This document shows positions 24,735 through 24,798 of a stretch of DNA of 24,798 nt, piece after piece. The position numbers and the translations under genes are program-made. Under the pieces are notes generated by a model. It saw nothing but the letters and a program-made list of their open reading frames with translations, ran no database searches and was not told the origin of the DNA. The stretch spans positions 1 through 24,798 of the IMG/VR virus record IMGVR_UViG_3300025606_000019; one strand, written 5' to 3'. Every line of letters begins with the position of its first letter. The stretch's first letter is position 1. The DNA is from a virus (Duplodnaviria; Caudoviricetes).

Positions 24735-24798
24735 GAATTCCGAGCGATCCGGTAGAACGAGAATTCTTCTACCTAGACCTCATCCACAAGTGCGGCGT
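24731..24798 (+). CDS. Start of next gene, probably portal protein (3'-truncated)
   Basis: MRIPSDPVEREFFYLDLIHKCG..., open to the window end. Portal call rests on position after terL. Confidence 0.45.
   Translation, partial: MRIPSDPVEREFFYLDLIHKCG

Overview
This window is about 25 kb of a tailed dsDNA bacteriophage genome with podovirus-like organisation. The host is probably a betaproteobacterium, inferred from its H-NS homologue. It has three blocks. (1) 1-13267 is a tightly coupled rightward late operon: the end of a beta-helical tail fibre with an intramolecular chaperone, small membrane proteins, four large internal-virion/ejection-type proteins, a holin-like gene, a GH24 lysozyme, a metallophosphoesterase, a SAM methyltransferase and two tiny basic proteins. 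(2) 13271-20982 is a leftward early region: GT-A glycosyltransferase-like protein, PD-(D/E)XK nuclease, SSB, RecT-like annealase, YqaJ exonuclease, H-NS, a GP88-like protein and small ORFs, with several sigma70-type promoters. (3) 21000-24798 has a repeat-rich non-coding stretch (candidate pac site or terminus), the large terminase, a DUF5672-like protein and the probable start of the portal gene. I recognise no integrase, repressor, replication initiator, primase, helicase or polymerase. Instead, a roughly 500-nt minus-strand non-coding module (17351-17835) sits just upstream of the recombination genes. It comprises a small terminator-ended RNA, an attenuator-like switch, a roughly 270-nt multi-stem RNA rich in G-U pairs, and four helically phased 10-mers. 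This is the best candidate for an undescribed system, possibly an RNA-based replicon. A second highlight is a putative virion protein with six TonB-box-like motifs. All functional calls come from motif recognition by eye; no database search was run.
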